Source: Anaerolineae bacterium
GTDB lineage: Bacteria > Chloroflexota > Anaerolineae > Aggregatilineales > Phototrophicaceae
DNA: 64,000 nucleotides
NCBI GenBank assembly: GCA_034437755.1
Contig: DAOTTV010000078.1
Coordinates: forward strand, 1 to 64,000
Direction of reading: 5' to 3'
Shown: positions 40,711 to 49,918 of the stretch, piece by piece
Position numbering within the stretch: position 1 is the stretch's first letter
Layout of the letters: each line of letters begins with the position of its first letter
Position numbers and translations under genes: made by a program
The notes under the pieces: model-generated
The model's input: only the letters and a program-made list of their open reading frames with translations
Database searches by the model: none
Told to the model about the DNA's origin: nothing

Positions 40711-41202
40711 ATGGCACAGCCCGACCAGCAGACTAATCCAATCCCAGCGACGACGACCATCGCCTCGCGCAAGCCGCGACGGTCGCGCCAGCTATCCAGC
40801 ACACAGGTGATGTTCGCGGTGATTCTCGCCATCGGCTTGATGATGGCGATTCAGTTCAGCAGTCGCATCAACGCTGAGCGTGATCTCGCCAATATCCGCG
40901 ATACGCTCAACCAAGAGATTGATCTGCTCCGCCGTGAAGAAGCTGAATTGACCGATCAATTGGACTACGTGGCTAGCGATGCCTACGTCGAAGAATGGGC
41001 ACGGGAAGAAGCGCGCATGATTCGCCCCGGCGAGACACTCATCATCCCGATTCCATCGACGACGACGCTTGCCGAGTTCGCGCAAGAGACAGTCGCGCCG
41101 CCGACCGCCTCGCTCGATACCACCCTGCCCGACCCTGCGCCGTGGCAAATGTGGTGGTATCTCTTCTTCGATGCCGCACCGCCAGCTCTTACTGCGAATT
41201 AG
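40711..41202 (+). CDS. FtsB/DivIC-like septum formation initiator.
   Basis: Single TM helix, a coiled coil (DLANIRDTLNQEIDLLRREEAEL) and the DYVASDAYVEEWAREEARMIRPGE motif typical of the FtsB/DivIC family. Confidence 0.6.
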   Translation: MAQPDQQTNPIPATTTIASRKPRRSRQLSSTQVMFAVILAIGLMMAIQFSSRINAERDLANIRDTLNQEIDLLRREEAELTDQLDYVASDAYVEEWAREEARMIRPGETLIIPIPSTTTLAEFAQETVAPPTASLDTTLPDPAPWQMWWYLFFDAAPPALTAN

Positions 41203-42400
41203 TAGGCGTATTCTGGTCGATTTGCGCTTGGGACAGTCGTCTGCGCGTCGCCGTCGAGATAATTTGTCCGTCTTCTGTGACGAGGACATAACTCGCATCA
41301 CTTTCTGGTGCAGGCGCAAAGAACGCCACGACTAGCATCACGAAGCCGATGATGAAAAACAAGATCGCGATGATGAACAAGATACCGGTGGACTCGTTCG
41401 TCGTCGTCACCAAAAAGTCCGATAATACGCGCGAGAAGAAGGCTTCGACTTCGTTTTCGGTATTCAGCAACTCGCCCAAGCCATTGAGCAAAATCAACTG
41501 TATCGAGAAGATGAGGATCAGCAATAGCACACCTGTGAGCAAGCTCGTACCGGCGAGCCACGATCCAAAGCCCTTGAGCGACCGCACCGCGAGGACAACA
41601 ATCAACGAGACGAGCGACAAGGGGCATAAGAACAGTAAAAGCAAGCCACTGCGGTCGATCTCGATCAGCAGATTGATGACCTCGACATCTTCGCGCTGAA
41701 TATCAAACACGCTGGAAACTGTCGCATCCTGTGTCGGTAGATCATCGGCGACGGTTTTCAACCATGTTTCGATCGCCTCAATGCTTTGATTACGTGAGAC
41801 GATGGTCGCGGGATTACAAATCGGAAGGGTGCCTGTGCCGCGTGCGATGAAGCGTCGCAGTTCGTCCTGTTGGGTGCGCGTACAATTCGGCGCATTGGTG
41901 ACGATCAAACGGGCGACATCACTCGCTTCTTCGCCTTGCCAGAGCCGCCGGATGTCATCAAAATCAACCGGTTCATCCAATACCGAAAAATTGCCGGAGA
42001 ATGTGCCTGTCAACACGCGGATCAGTTGTTCCGCACGCGCACGAAGCCAGTCAGGCGGTACAAGCGTCGTCACGACTTCGCGCCAGACATCCGGCGGCAA
42101 AGCCTCGGTGACCGCACGCAGGTCAATTGGTTGGGGGGATGCCACCGGACTGAAATCAGGCGGGGCGGGTGCGCCGGCGGATGGGTTATCGTCCAGTGTT
42201 TCGACATCCGCTTCTTCGAGGATAATCGGTAGCGCCACCGGCAAAAAATCCTCGAAGATTTGGTCGTTCTCAAGCAAGCGACGATAAGTATCCGGCTCTA
42301 GCAGAGTCGCTTCGATCGCTAGATTACACCCCGCCAGCATGAACAGCGGTGCGGCAATCAACGTCAAGAGCAATGCCGCCAGTCGTCCGATGGTACGCAT
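41189..42400 (-). CDS. Hypothetical membrane protein (N-terminal signal/lipobox-like, C-terminal multi-TM).
   Basis: MRTIGRLAALLLTLIAAPLFMLAGC.. then a ~250-aa soluble region and four hydrophobic helices. Overlaps the ftsB-like gene by 14 nt (convergent). Confidence 0.5.
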   Translation of the reverse strand: MRTIGRLAALLLTLIAAPLFMLAGCNLAIEATLLEPDTYRRLLENDQIFEDFLPVALPIILEEADVETLDDNPSAGAPAPPDFSPVASPQPIDLRAVTEALPPDVWREVVTTLVPPDWLRARAEQLIRVLTGTFSGNFSVLDEPVDFDDIRRLWQGEEASDVARLIVTNAPNCTRTQQDELRRFIARGTGTLPICNPATIVSRNQSIEAIETWLKTVADDLPTQDATVSSVFDIQREDVEVINLLIEIDRSGLLLLFLCPLSLVSLIVVLAVRSLKGFGSWLAGTSLLTGVLLLILIFSIQLILLNGLGELLNTENEVEAFFSRVLSDFLVTTTNESTGILFIIAILFFIIGFVMLVVAFFAPAPESDASYVLVTEDGQIISTATRRRLSQAQIDQNTPTNSQ

Positions 42401-42411
42401 GTTGACCGTCC

Positions 42412-43479
42412 CTAGTTATCTAAGATGAAATCAGGTTGTGCGCCGATGAGACCGGTCACAGTCGCTTGTGTTGCCGCGTCGCCCACAGTCAGCGCCATCC
42501 CCGCCGTGATGTAATCGGTCTTCACAACCCCCATCGCGAAGATTTCGCCCGTTGGGGCTTGCACACTGCTGGTCATTGTACCCACTTTACGCCCCTCGTG
42601 CATCAGCTGTGCAGGCGCGTTGACGATCGTCGCTAATTCCAGCCCGACGATCGTCTTTGCGAGGCGGGCACGGCTTTCCATACGGGCGATGATCTCTTGC
42701 CCGGTGTAACAGCCTTTCGCAAAGCTGATTTCATCCCACAAGCCGACTTCAATCGGGATGAAATCTGTGTTGAGTTCGGGGCGGGCCGGGCGACCAGCGC
42801 GGATACGCAAAGTATTATACGTGAGTCCGCCGGCAGGGGTCACGTCGCCCGCGTGCATCACAGCCTCATAAACTGTCGCGCCAGCCTCTGCTGATGTGAC
42901 GAGCGTCCAGTGCGTGCCGCTGATGGCTTTGCGGCGCATGGCATACACGTCAGCCCCGTCAATCGTCAGTGAGATGCCGTGCAGGGCGGGCACATCTGCG
43001 ATATCTGGCGCGAGTGTTTGCAAGATAGCATCAGCCTGCGTCCCATGTAGCGCGAGCTGGTGCGTCTGCGCGGTGATGTTCTCGATTTGTACGTCATCGC
43101 CGAAGAAGATATTACGCTGGAGGAAATTTTGCATCGTGTCGCCCTGCCCCGGTTCGGTGATGACCAACAGGTGATCGGGACGATTGTAAGCAATGATGCG
43201 ATCAATAATGCGCGCCGTCGGGTTGGTGAAGATCGTCGGGCGACCTTCATCGTCTGCCATATCGACCATCTTATTGGTAGACATGCGATTGAGCAACTCA
43301 AAGCGATCTTTACCCGTCAGCTTGATACGTCCTTCGTGCGAGCGGTCGAGCAGAATTGCGCTGGTCAAACCGGCGTGATATTCCTTTGCTAAATCGCCGT
43401 AATGCAAAGGAATACCGTCGGGGGCGAGTTGTGCGCCATAAGTTTCGTGCGTTGTTTGTAAGCTCATGAGCGAATACAC
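42412..43479 (-). CDS. Aminomethyltransferase-fold folate-binding protein (GcvT/YgfZ family).
   Basis: GcvT-like N-terminal motifs (LLDRSHEGRIKLTGKDRFELLNRMSTN); its length of 355 aa favours a YgfZ-type protein. Confidence 0.75.
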   Translation of the reverse strand: MYSLMSLQTTHETYGAQLAPDGIPLHYGDLAKEYHAGLTSAILLDRSHEGRIKLTGKDRFELLNRMSTNKMVDMADDEGRPTIFTNPTARIIDRIIAYNRPDHLLVITEPGQGDTMQNFLQRNIFFGDDVQIENITAQTHQLALHGTQADAILQTLAPDIADVPALHGISLTIDGADVYAMRRKAISGTHWTLVTSAEAGATVYEAVMHAGDVTPAGGLTYNTLRIRAGRPARPELNTDFIPIEVGLWDEISFAKGCYTGQEIIARMESRARLAKTIVGLELATIVNAPAQLMHEGRKVGTMTSSVQAPTGEIFAMGVVKTDYITAGMALTVGDAATQATVTGLIGAQPDFILDN

Positions 43480-44096
43480 TCCTGTATCTTTGCGGTGATA
43501 ATTTTGTCCAGTTCATCGACAGCCCGTGTGATATCGTCGTTGATGATGACGTAATCACACGCCTCCGCAAACGGAAACTCTAAGTCACGGGCACGATCAA
43601 GCCGTTGCTGAATACGGATCAGGTCGGCTTCGCTGGGGTCGCTTTCCAAACGTTGTAACATGCGCTGGCGCAGGACTTCGAGCTTGCCGTCTGGCGTTTC
43701 GCTCGGCACAGTGACAAAAATCATCACTGCATCATCGGGATAAGTCTCGCGCACAATCTTCGCGCCCAGCACTTCGATGTCAGCGATCAGGTGTTGCCCG
43801 TCATAGATTTGGTCTTCGATGCTGTTGCGTGGAATCCCGTAGAATTTGCCCGGTGTCACTTCTTGATGTTCCAGCAATTCGTCGTCGCGTATCATACGCT
43901 GGAACTCCTCGAGCGAGACGAACAGATGCTCGCGCCCTTGTGCTTCATTAGCGCGGGGCGGGCGCGTCGTCGCGGTGGCGAGCTGTTTTAGCTCCGGATG
44001 CCGTTTCTTGATGATATTCATCAGAGTATTTTTGCCCGTTCCACCGGGCCCGACCATAACGAAAAGATACGCTTTGTCTTGTTCGCGGATTTTCAC
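43464..44096 (-). CDS. gmk: Guanylate kinase.
   Basis: P-loop GPGGTGKNTL, the TTRPPR motif and GxxY nucleotide-binding region. Confidence 0.85.
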   Translation of the reverse strand: MKIREQDKAYLFVMVGPGGTGKNTLMNIIKKRHPELKQLATATTRPPRANEAQGREHLFVSLEEFQRMIRDDELLEHQEVTPGKFYGIPRNSIEDQIYDGQHLIADIEVLGAKIVRETYPDDAVMIFVTVPSETPDGKLEVLRQRMLQRLESDPSEADLIRIQQRLDRARDLEFPFAEACDYVIINDDITRAVDELDKIITAKIQECIRS

Positions 44097-44252
44097 GGTG
44101 GCTGTCCTCGTTTTGTGTTGCGGAGATAGTTAAGTTATTGTAGCAGGATATTCAGATGTGAACTAGCGTTTTCACATCAGTGACGCATGAGTAACAAACC
44201 ACACGTTGACCGCACTGCCGCTGTCGGGGACAATGCAGGTATTCATTTACTC

Positions 44253-44390
44253 GGTTCTTTCGTATCTTGCGTGGTCAAGCTCTTTTTGTTCCCTTTTTTC
44301 AAAATGAACAAAGTCAAGGAACAACAGTTCCTTGTAGGGGTGCGAGGGCAAAGCCCCTGCAACAAAAACCACGCGACATCCCAAAGAGCC
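44253..44390. mobile_element. MITE-like element family 2, copy 1 (138 bp), 29 bp upstream of folD.
   Basis: Imperfect TIRs GGTTCTTTCG...CCAAAGAGCC (ISL3-like GGCTCTTT ends). Flanked by an 8-bp direct repeat ATTTACT(C/T). It is about 90% identical to 53537-53720 apart from a 46-bp indel. Internal hairpins (GTTCC...GGAAC, GGGC-AAA-GCCC). Confidence 0.5.
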
Positions 44391-44419
44391 ATTTACTTTT
44401 AATCACAGGAGAGTGTCAA

Positions 44420-45304
44420 TTGACAGCCCAAATCATCGATGGTCGTGCCGTTGCCAAGCGTATTCAAGCCGAGATCAAAGAACAGGTCGCCGCGTTTAAA
44501 GCTCAACATGGCATCGTACCCGGCTTAGGGGTCGTTATGGCAGGCGATGACCCCGCCTCGGCGATGTACGTCCGCATGAAGCAACGCCGATGCGAGCGCG
44601 TCGGCTTCGAGTCCTTCACGACGACAATTGCCAAGGATACCACACAGGAAGCAGTCGAAGGTTATGTGAAAGCCTACAATGACGACCCAGCGGTGCATGG
44701 TATTCTCGTACAGTTGCCCCTGCCCGATCACATCGACGAAGAAGCGGTCTTGGCACGAGTAAGCCTCGCCAAAGATGTCGATGGCTTCCATCCGGTTAAT
44801 ATCGGGGCGCTAGCCATGAAAGGACGCACGCCGACCTTCACCCCGGCAACCCCGACCGGTTGCATGACCTTGATCGACGAGACGGGGATTGATCCCTCTG
44901 GCAAGATCGCGGTCGTTCTCGGGCGCAGTAACATCGTCGGGATGCCGATGGCGATGATGCTAAACAAAGCCAACGCCACCGTGACGATTGTCCACAGCCG
45001 CACGCCAAACGACGCCGATATCATCGCAACAGCTGATATTCTGGTCGCGGCGATTGGCATCCCGGAATACGTGAAAGCAGATTGGATCAAGCCCGGCGCA
45101 GTCGTGATCGACGTAGGCACGAATAAAGTCGATGCGCCGGATACCGAAAAAGGCTACAAGTGGGTCGGCGATGTCGCCTTCGACGCGGCGAAAGAGGTTG
45201 CCGGTGCGATCACCATTGTTCCGGGTGGTGTCGGGCCGTTGACGATTACATCGCTCTTGCAGAACACGATGAAAGCCGCGCAAATGAGCGTCGCTGGGGC
45301 CTAA
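44420..45304 (+). CDS. folD: Bifunctional methylenetetrahydrofolate dehydrogenase/methenyl-THF cyclohydrolase.
   Basis: LTAQIIDGRAVAK.., YVRMKQR.., Rossmann GRSNIVGMP. TTG start at 44420 with an AGGAGAG RBS. The longer track ORF from 44267 reads through the upstream repeat element and is rejected. Confidence 0.9.
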   Translation: MTAQIIDGRAVAKRIQAEIKEQVAAFKAQHGIVPGLGVVMAGDDPASAMYVRMKQRRCERVGFESFTTTIAKDTTQEAVEGYVKAYNDDPAVHGILVQLPLPDHIDEEAVLARVSLAKDVDGFHPVNIGALAMKGRTPTFTPATPTGCMTLIDETGIDPSGKIAVVLGRSNIVGMPMAMMLNKANATVTIVHSRTPNDADIIATADILVAAIGIPEYVKADWIKPGAVVIDVGTNKVDAPDTEKGYKWVGDVAFDAAKEVAGAITIVPGGVGPLTITSLLQNTMKAAQMSVAGA

Positions 45305-45395
45305 TTTGTCGACTCTACGCTGACCTTCCCTTGAGTGGTACGCCATATCACGCTAAACTCACAGGCTGTATTCTACACTGGCTGAAAGAGATGAT

Positions 45396-46748
45396 ATGGC
45401 GACACTGCTCGTATGCAATATTCACACGCTGGTCACGATGGATGATGATCGCCGCGAAATCCAGAATGGGGCGATCTTCGTGCGTGATGGCGTGATTGAG
45501 GCGGTCGGCACAAGCGACACGATGCCCGTCGATAGCGCGGATACGGTTCTCGATCTGGCGCAACACGTCGTGATTCCCGGCATGGTCAACACGCATCATC
45601 ACATGGTGCAGACGATGACACGCGCACTGGCACAGGACGATGAACTCTTCAACTGGTTGTTGACGCTCTATCCCATCTGGGCACGCTTGCGGAGTCAGCA
45701 TATTTACACGGCATCGCGCTTGGCAATGGCAGAACTGATGCTCTCCGGTTGTACCACCTCTAGCGATCACTTGTATATCTTTCCGAATGATTGCCGTCTT
45801 GACGATCAGATCCAAGCCGCCCAGGAGATGGGCTTGCGCTTTCATGCGGCGCGGGGATCAATGAGCCTTGGCGCGAGTCAGGGCGGTCTACCGCCGGATA
45901 GCGTGGTCGAAGATGAAGCGTTCATCCTGAAGGATACCCAACGGGTGATCGAGCACTATCACGATGCCAGCCGCCACAGCATGTTACGGATTGTTGTCGC
46001 GCCGTGTGCGCCCTTCAACGTCTCGCAGGATTTAATGCGCGAGTCAGCAAAGATCGCGCGTGCCTACGGCTTGCACATGCACACACATCTGGCAGAGAAC
46101 GCCAAAGACATTGAATTCAGCCTTGAGATGTTCGGGATGCGCCCCGGCGAATATGCTGAAGATGTCGGGTGGGTGGGCGATGATGTCTGGCACGCGCATT
46201 GTGTTAAACTCGACTCAAACGAGATTCAGCAGTTCGCACGGACGGGCACCGGTGCCTGTCACTGCCCAACATCGAACATGCGACTTGCGAGTGGCATTGC
46301 GCCGGTGCGTGCCATGCTCGACGCACAGGTGACAGTCAGCCTCGGCGTGGATGGGTCGGCATCGAACGATAGCAGTCATCTGCTAGCCGAAGCGCGACAG
46401 GCAATGCTCTTACAGCGTGTGACTGAGAATCCGGCGGCGTTATCCGCACGCGAGGCATTGACAATGGCGACACGCGGTGGTGCGGCGGTGCTGGGGCGCG
46501 ATGACATCGGGCAAGTGGCGGTCGGCATGGCGGCGGATTTCGTGGCGTATCGTCTCGATGAACTGGCTTTCGCCGGTGCCCAGCATGATCCAGTTGCGGC
46601 TTTGATCTTTTGCCAACCACAAACGGTCGATTTATCCGTCATCAACGGCAAGATCACTGTGCAAGACGGTCACTTGCTCGTCACTGATTTGCCGATGCTA
46701 ATCGAAGAACACAACCAACTATCACTCGCACTTATTAATGGGGATTGA
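45396..46748 (+). CDS. Amidohydrolase-superfamily deaminase (8-oxoguanine/guanine deaminase, SsnA/AtzA-like).
   Basis: Metal-binding HHH motif (PGMVNTHHHMVQT), the HTHLAE and ..VSLGVDGSASND motifs; 450 aa. Confidence 0.8.
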   Translation: MATLLVCNIHTLVTMDDDRREIQNGAIFVRDGVIEAVGTSDTMPVDSADTVLDLAQHVVIPGMVNTHHHMVQTMTRALAQDDELFNWLLTLYPIWARLRSQHIYTASRLAMAELMLSGCTTSSDHLYIFPNDCRLDDQIQAAQEMGLRFHAARGSMSLGASQGGLPPDSVVEDEAFILKDTQRVIEHYHDASRHSMLRIVVAPCAPFNVSQDLMRESAKIARAYGLHMHTHLAENAKDIEFSLEMFGMRPGEYAEDVGWVGDDVWHAHCVKLDSNEIQQFARTGTGACHCPTSNMRLASGIAPVRAMLDAQVTVSLGVDGSASNDSSHLLAEARQAMLLQRVTENPAALSAREALTMATRGGAAVLGRDDIGQVAVGMAADFVAYRLDELAFAGAQHDPVAALIFCQPQTVDLSVINGKITVQDGHLLVTDLPMLIEEHNQLSLALINGD

Positions 46749-47620
46749 GTATGTCATTTTTGCGATTAGGAACGCGCGTCGCCGTCATCAACGACGCAGA
46801 GCAAATTCTGCTATCGAAACGCGGCGACTTCAACACCTGGGCTTTGCCGGGCGGGCGCGTCGATAATCACGAGCGTATCCGCACAGCGGCGGTGCGCGAA
46901 GTCGAAGAGGAGACCGGCTTACAGGTCGATATTGAACGGGCTGTCGGCTTATATTATCAAGCTGGGCGCGATCGTCTGAACGTCCTCTATCGGGCGAAGC
47001 CGATCGGTGGCACATTACACAGCGTCACGCATGAGACGCTGGCAAACCAGTACTTCGCGCTCACACAACTGCCACCGAACATCTTCGGTGAGTACATGAT
47101 GTATCAGGCGTATGCGGACGATGTACAATTGCACACGCTGGAAACGTCCCGACGCGAGTTATGGCGGGTGCGCGCTAAGCTCGCCCAGAGATGGGTGAGC
47201 AACTGGCTCAGCGGTCAGCCAGAAGCTACCTTCCCACGCTTTTACATCAAAGCGACGGCTACCATCTGGGATAGTAACCACAAATACATCTATAGCGACC
47301 GCGACGGGCAAGGCGGGCGTACCCTACCCCGTGTCGGCTTAGATGGCACGATGGCACCACAGAGCGCGCTCACCTATCATCTTGCGCCACTGACCAAAGA
47401 GCCGATGCACTGGCGGTGGATCGGGCTGTTTGAACATCCTGAGATCAACGAGATCGAATTCGTCTTTGAGACAGCGGTTAAACCGCGTCGGCGTTATCTA
47501 TCGCGCTGGGTCAAACCGGCCGCGATCAAAGGCGCAGGCGGGCGAGATAGCGCCTACCTGACAAAACACAAGCGACACAAACCAAAAGAGCAACCCGTGT
47601 GGGAGATTGCAATCACATGA
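46745..47620 (+). CDS. NUDIX hydrolase with a ~150-aa C-terminal domain of unknown function.
   Basis: Nudix box GGRVDNHERIRTAAVREVEEETGL. The C-terminal half has no recognisable motif. Confidence 0.7.
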   Translation: MSMSFLRLGTRVAVINDAEQILLSKRGDFNTWALPGGRVDNHERIRTAAVREVEEETGLQVDIERAVGLYYQAGRDRLNVLYRAKPIGGTLHSVTHETLANQYFALTQLPPNIFGEYMMYQAYADDVQLHTLETSRRELWRVRAKLAQRWVSNWLSGQPEATFPRFYIKATATIWDSNHKYIYSDRDGQGGRTLPRVGLDGTMAPQSALTYHLAPLTKEPMHWRWIGLFEHPEINEIEFVFETAVKPRRRYLSRWVKPAAIKGAGGRDSAYLTKHKRHKPKEQPVWEIAIT

Positions 47621-48084
47621 GCCAAATACACGACGAACACTATCCGTATATCCGCGCGTGCATCCGCCTCGCCGAAGAAGCGGTTGCGAACGGCAACCAT
47701 CCCTTCGGATCGGTACTCGTTCATGATGGCAAGATTCTGTTACGCGCACAAAATATGATCCATACCATGAACGACATCGCCGCACATCCAGAGATCATGC
47801 TCGCCCGTTCCGCCGCTAGCCGCTATGATGCCGATTTTCTGGCAGATTGCACGCTTTATACCAGCACAGAACCCTGCGCGATGTGTTCGGGCGGGATTTA
47901 CTGGTCAGGGATCGGGCGGGTGGTGTTCGCCTGTTCAGTACTCACCCTGCGCGATCGCCTGCAACGGGGCGGGCTGGTCATCCCTTGTCGTGATATTCTC
48001 GATCGTGGCACACGCCCCGTTACCATTATCGAGCGCGTGCTAGAAGAAGAAGCGTTTAAAGTGCATGAAAATTTCTGGACATAA
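47599..48084 (+). CDS. CDA-fold nucleoside/nucleobase deaminase (guanine deaminase/TadA-like).
   Basis: Zinc-binding HPE (AAHPEIMLA) and PCxMC (TEPCAMCSGGI) motifs. Confidence 0.8.
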   Translation: MGDCNHMSQIHDEHYPYIRACIRLAEEAVANGNHPFGSVLVHDGKILLRAQNMIHTMNDIAAHPEIMLARSAASRYDADFLADCTLYTSTEPCAMCSGGIYWSGIGRVVFACSVLTLRDRLQRGGLVIPCRDILDRGTRPVTIIERVLEEEAFKVHENFWT

Positions 48085-48087
48085 GCC

Positions 48088-48261
48088 ATGATTGACATCG
48101 AGACCTTCAACATATTACACGAGCGTGTCGCCACGAGTCGCGAGGATTTGCTCGGTTTTTTCCGCGAGATCGTCGCTATCGAAAGTACGGATAGCAACAT
48201 CGGTGCTGTCAGTAAGGCAGCGGCGTGGTACGCGCGTTTACCAGCAATCCTCAAGGAGTAG
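48088..48261 (+). pseudogene. 57-codon remnant resembling the N-terminus of an M20 (ArgE/DapE-type) peptidase.
   Basis: MIDIETFNILHERVATSREDLLGFFREIVAIESTDSN..AAWYARL resembles M20 N-termini. It stops at TAG, and two codons later in the same frame the PaaI-like gene begins; no catalytic domain follows. Confidence 0.3.
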
Positions 48262-48267
48262 GCGACG

Positions 48268-48714
48268 ATGGCGAAACGAGTTTCGCGCTTCACTGGTACC
48301 AAGTTCATCTGTGACCCGTCACCGGCGGGCTTTGGCATTCGCTTCACTGTCGAAGACGATCAATCCGTGTCCGCAGTTGTCGAATTTGACGACTCAAAAG
48401 AAGGCGGACGAGGGATCTTACACGGCGGTGCAATCGCCGCTGTACTCGATGAAGCGATGGGCACTGCGGCTTTCGAGCAAGGATCGCCGGGCTACACAGT
48501 CACGATGACGTATAATTATAAAACGCACATCCCGCTGTACGAAGCAATCACCGTGCGGGCGCGGGTCAGCCACATTGGCGGGCGCAAAGTGTTCACCGAA
48601 TGTAGCGCTCACCTGCCGGATGGCACTGTCGCCGTTGATGGCACCGGCATTTTCATCGCGTCTGACCGCTTGAAGCGCGAGCTTGATGCACGCCCTTACG
48701 ATCCGGAGACCTAA
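48268..48714 (+). CDS. PaaI/hotdog-fold thioesterase.
   Basis: GILHGGAIAAVLDEAMG ... hotdog-fold signature; 148 aa. Confidence 0.8.
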   Translation: MAKRVSRFTGTKFICDPSPAGFGIRFTVEDDQSVSAVVEFDDSKEGGRGILHGGAIAAVLDEAMGTAAFEQGSPGYTVTMTYNYKTHIPLYEAITVRARVSHIGGRKVFTECSAHLPDGTVAVDGTGIFIASDRLKRELDARPYDPET

Positions 48715-48826
48715 ACGCTTCATAAGAAACGGACAATCGTCCGCTTATGAGGTAATATTCGGATGAATAGGTGCGTCCAATAGCTGTAACAGAGAGATAA
48801 CGGAAACCAGAGGGCAATAGACACCC

Positions 48827-49918
48827 ATGACCATTCAAGGCTTGCATCATATCACGTTCGTAGCGTCGAACGCGCAACAGACGGTTGATTTTTACGTCAA
48901 AGTGCTGGGGCTACGCTTCATCAAGCAAACAGTCAACTTCGATGATCCGTCCGCCTATCACCTGTATTTCGGCGATGCCGTCGGCACGCCCGGCTCGGCG
49001 ATCACCTTCTTCGAGTGGCCCCGTGCGCCTAAAGGACACACGGGTATCGGTGGCACGCATCACGTCGCGCTCTCTGTGAAGGATTATGACGGTCTGCTGA
49101 AGTGGAAGCGCCGCCTGACTGACCTGAACATCAAGGTCGACGGCCCTTACGATCGTCACTACTTCAAGAGCATTTACTTCCGCGATCCAGACGGTGTGAT
49201 TCTAGAAATCGCAACGATGGGTCCCGGCTTCACGATTGACGAAGAAGCCGACCAACTCGGTCAAGCACATTTGCCACCGCCAGAAGCGATGATGATCGCC
49301 AACCGTGACGAAGAGCGCATCAAGCATGAGATGTGGCAAGAACCGGTGCCCGTCATCACAGCAGATATGGCGCTCATGTATGGGATGCACCATATCACCG
49401 CCATCGGGAGCAATATCGAGGCGACGAACGCCTATTACACCGATGTTCTCGGCTTGCAACGGGTGAAGAAGACCGACAACGTCGATGATCCGAATAGCGC
49501 CCATTGGTATTGGGGCGTTGATGACGGTAAGCCCGGCACGCTCATCACCTACTTCGAGCGCGATCCGAAAGCGACCCGTCGCGCACAGGTTGGCAGAGGG
49601 CTGACGCATCACTTCGCCTTTGCGGTCGAAGATGAAGAGGCGCAGAAAGAGTGGCGCTATCGCCTGAACAATGCCGGTTATCGCGTGTCACAGATTCTCG
49701 ATCGTGATTACTTCCGCAGTATCTACACACACGATCCAGATGGGCACATTGTAGAACTGGCGACGGTCGGGCCGGGCTTCGCTCATGATGAAGACCCATC
49801 CGAACTGGGGCAACGCTTGCAATTACCCAGCTGGTTAGAGCAACATCGCGACCAGATTGAGAGCGCGCTGACCCCACTCGTCATCCCCGAATGGAAAAAT
49901 CCTTTAGAGGAGGCATAA
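48827..49918 (+). CDS. Two-module VOC-family protein (glyoxalase/extradiol ring-cleavage dioxygenase-like).
   Basis: Duplicated VOC modules (GLHHITFVASN...; GMHHITAIGSN...), each with the YFRDPDG / YTHDPDG metal-binding motif. Confidence 0.8.
   Translation: MTIQGLHHITFVASNAQQTVDFYVKVLGLRFIKQTVNFDDPSAYHLYFGDAVGTPGSAITFFEWPRAPKGHTGIGGTHHVALSVKDYDGLLKWKRRLTDLNIKVDGPYDRHYFKSIYFRDPDGVILEIATMGPGFTIDEEADQLGQAHLPPPEAMMIANRDEERIKHEMWQEPVPVITADMALMYGMHHITAIGSNIEATNAYYTDVLGLQRVKKTDNVDDPNSAHWYWGVDDGKPGTLITYFERDPKATRRAQVGRGLTHHFAFAVEDEEAQKEWRYRLNNAGYRVSQILDRDYFRSIYTHDPDGHIVELATVGPGFAHDEDPSELGQRLQLPSWLEQHRDQIESALTPLVIPEWKNPLEEA

Noticed and set aside
44253-44390. ZTP (pfl) riboswitch upstream of folD, a common location for that riboswitch.
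   Set aside because: The conserved pfl motif elements (GGGTCGTGAC...CCGGGCGGA...CCGCCTGGGCA pseudoknot) are absent. The same sequence also recurs upstream of an unrelated F420 gene with TSD-like flanks.
44187-44402. The short ORFs 44187-44402 and 53523-53747 encode near-identical peptides (..KMNKVKE..GVRGQSPC.KNHAT.QRA..) and could be read as a conserved small-protein gene.
   Set aside because: The similarity is simply the family-2 repeat element read in one frame. Neither ORF has an RBS, and copy 2 carries a 46-bp indel that would disrupt a real gene. They are better explained as non-coding repeat sequence.
44267-45304. The track's long folD ORF (345 aa) starting at 44267.
   Set aside because: The N-terminal 51 codons lie inside the repeat element and have no similarity to FolD. 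A TTG at 44420 with a good RBS gives the canonical FolD N-terminus (LTAQIIDGRAVAK).
48725-48760. The inverted repeat TCATAAGAAACGGACAATCGTCCGCTTATGA downstream of the thioesterase gene resembles the GGACGATCGTCC core inside the family-1 MITE, which raised the possibility of a third, degraded copy.
   Set aside because: Only the 12-bp palindromic core is shared, with no TIRs or TSD. It is more simply a stand-alone terminator-like hairpin.
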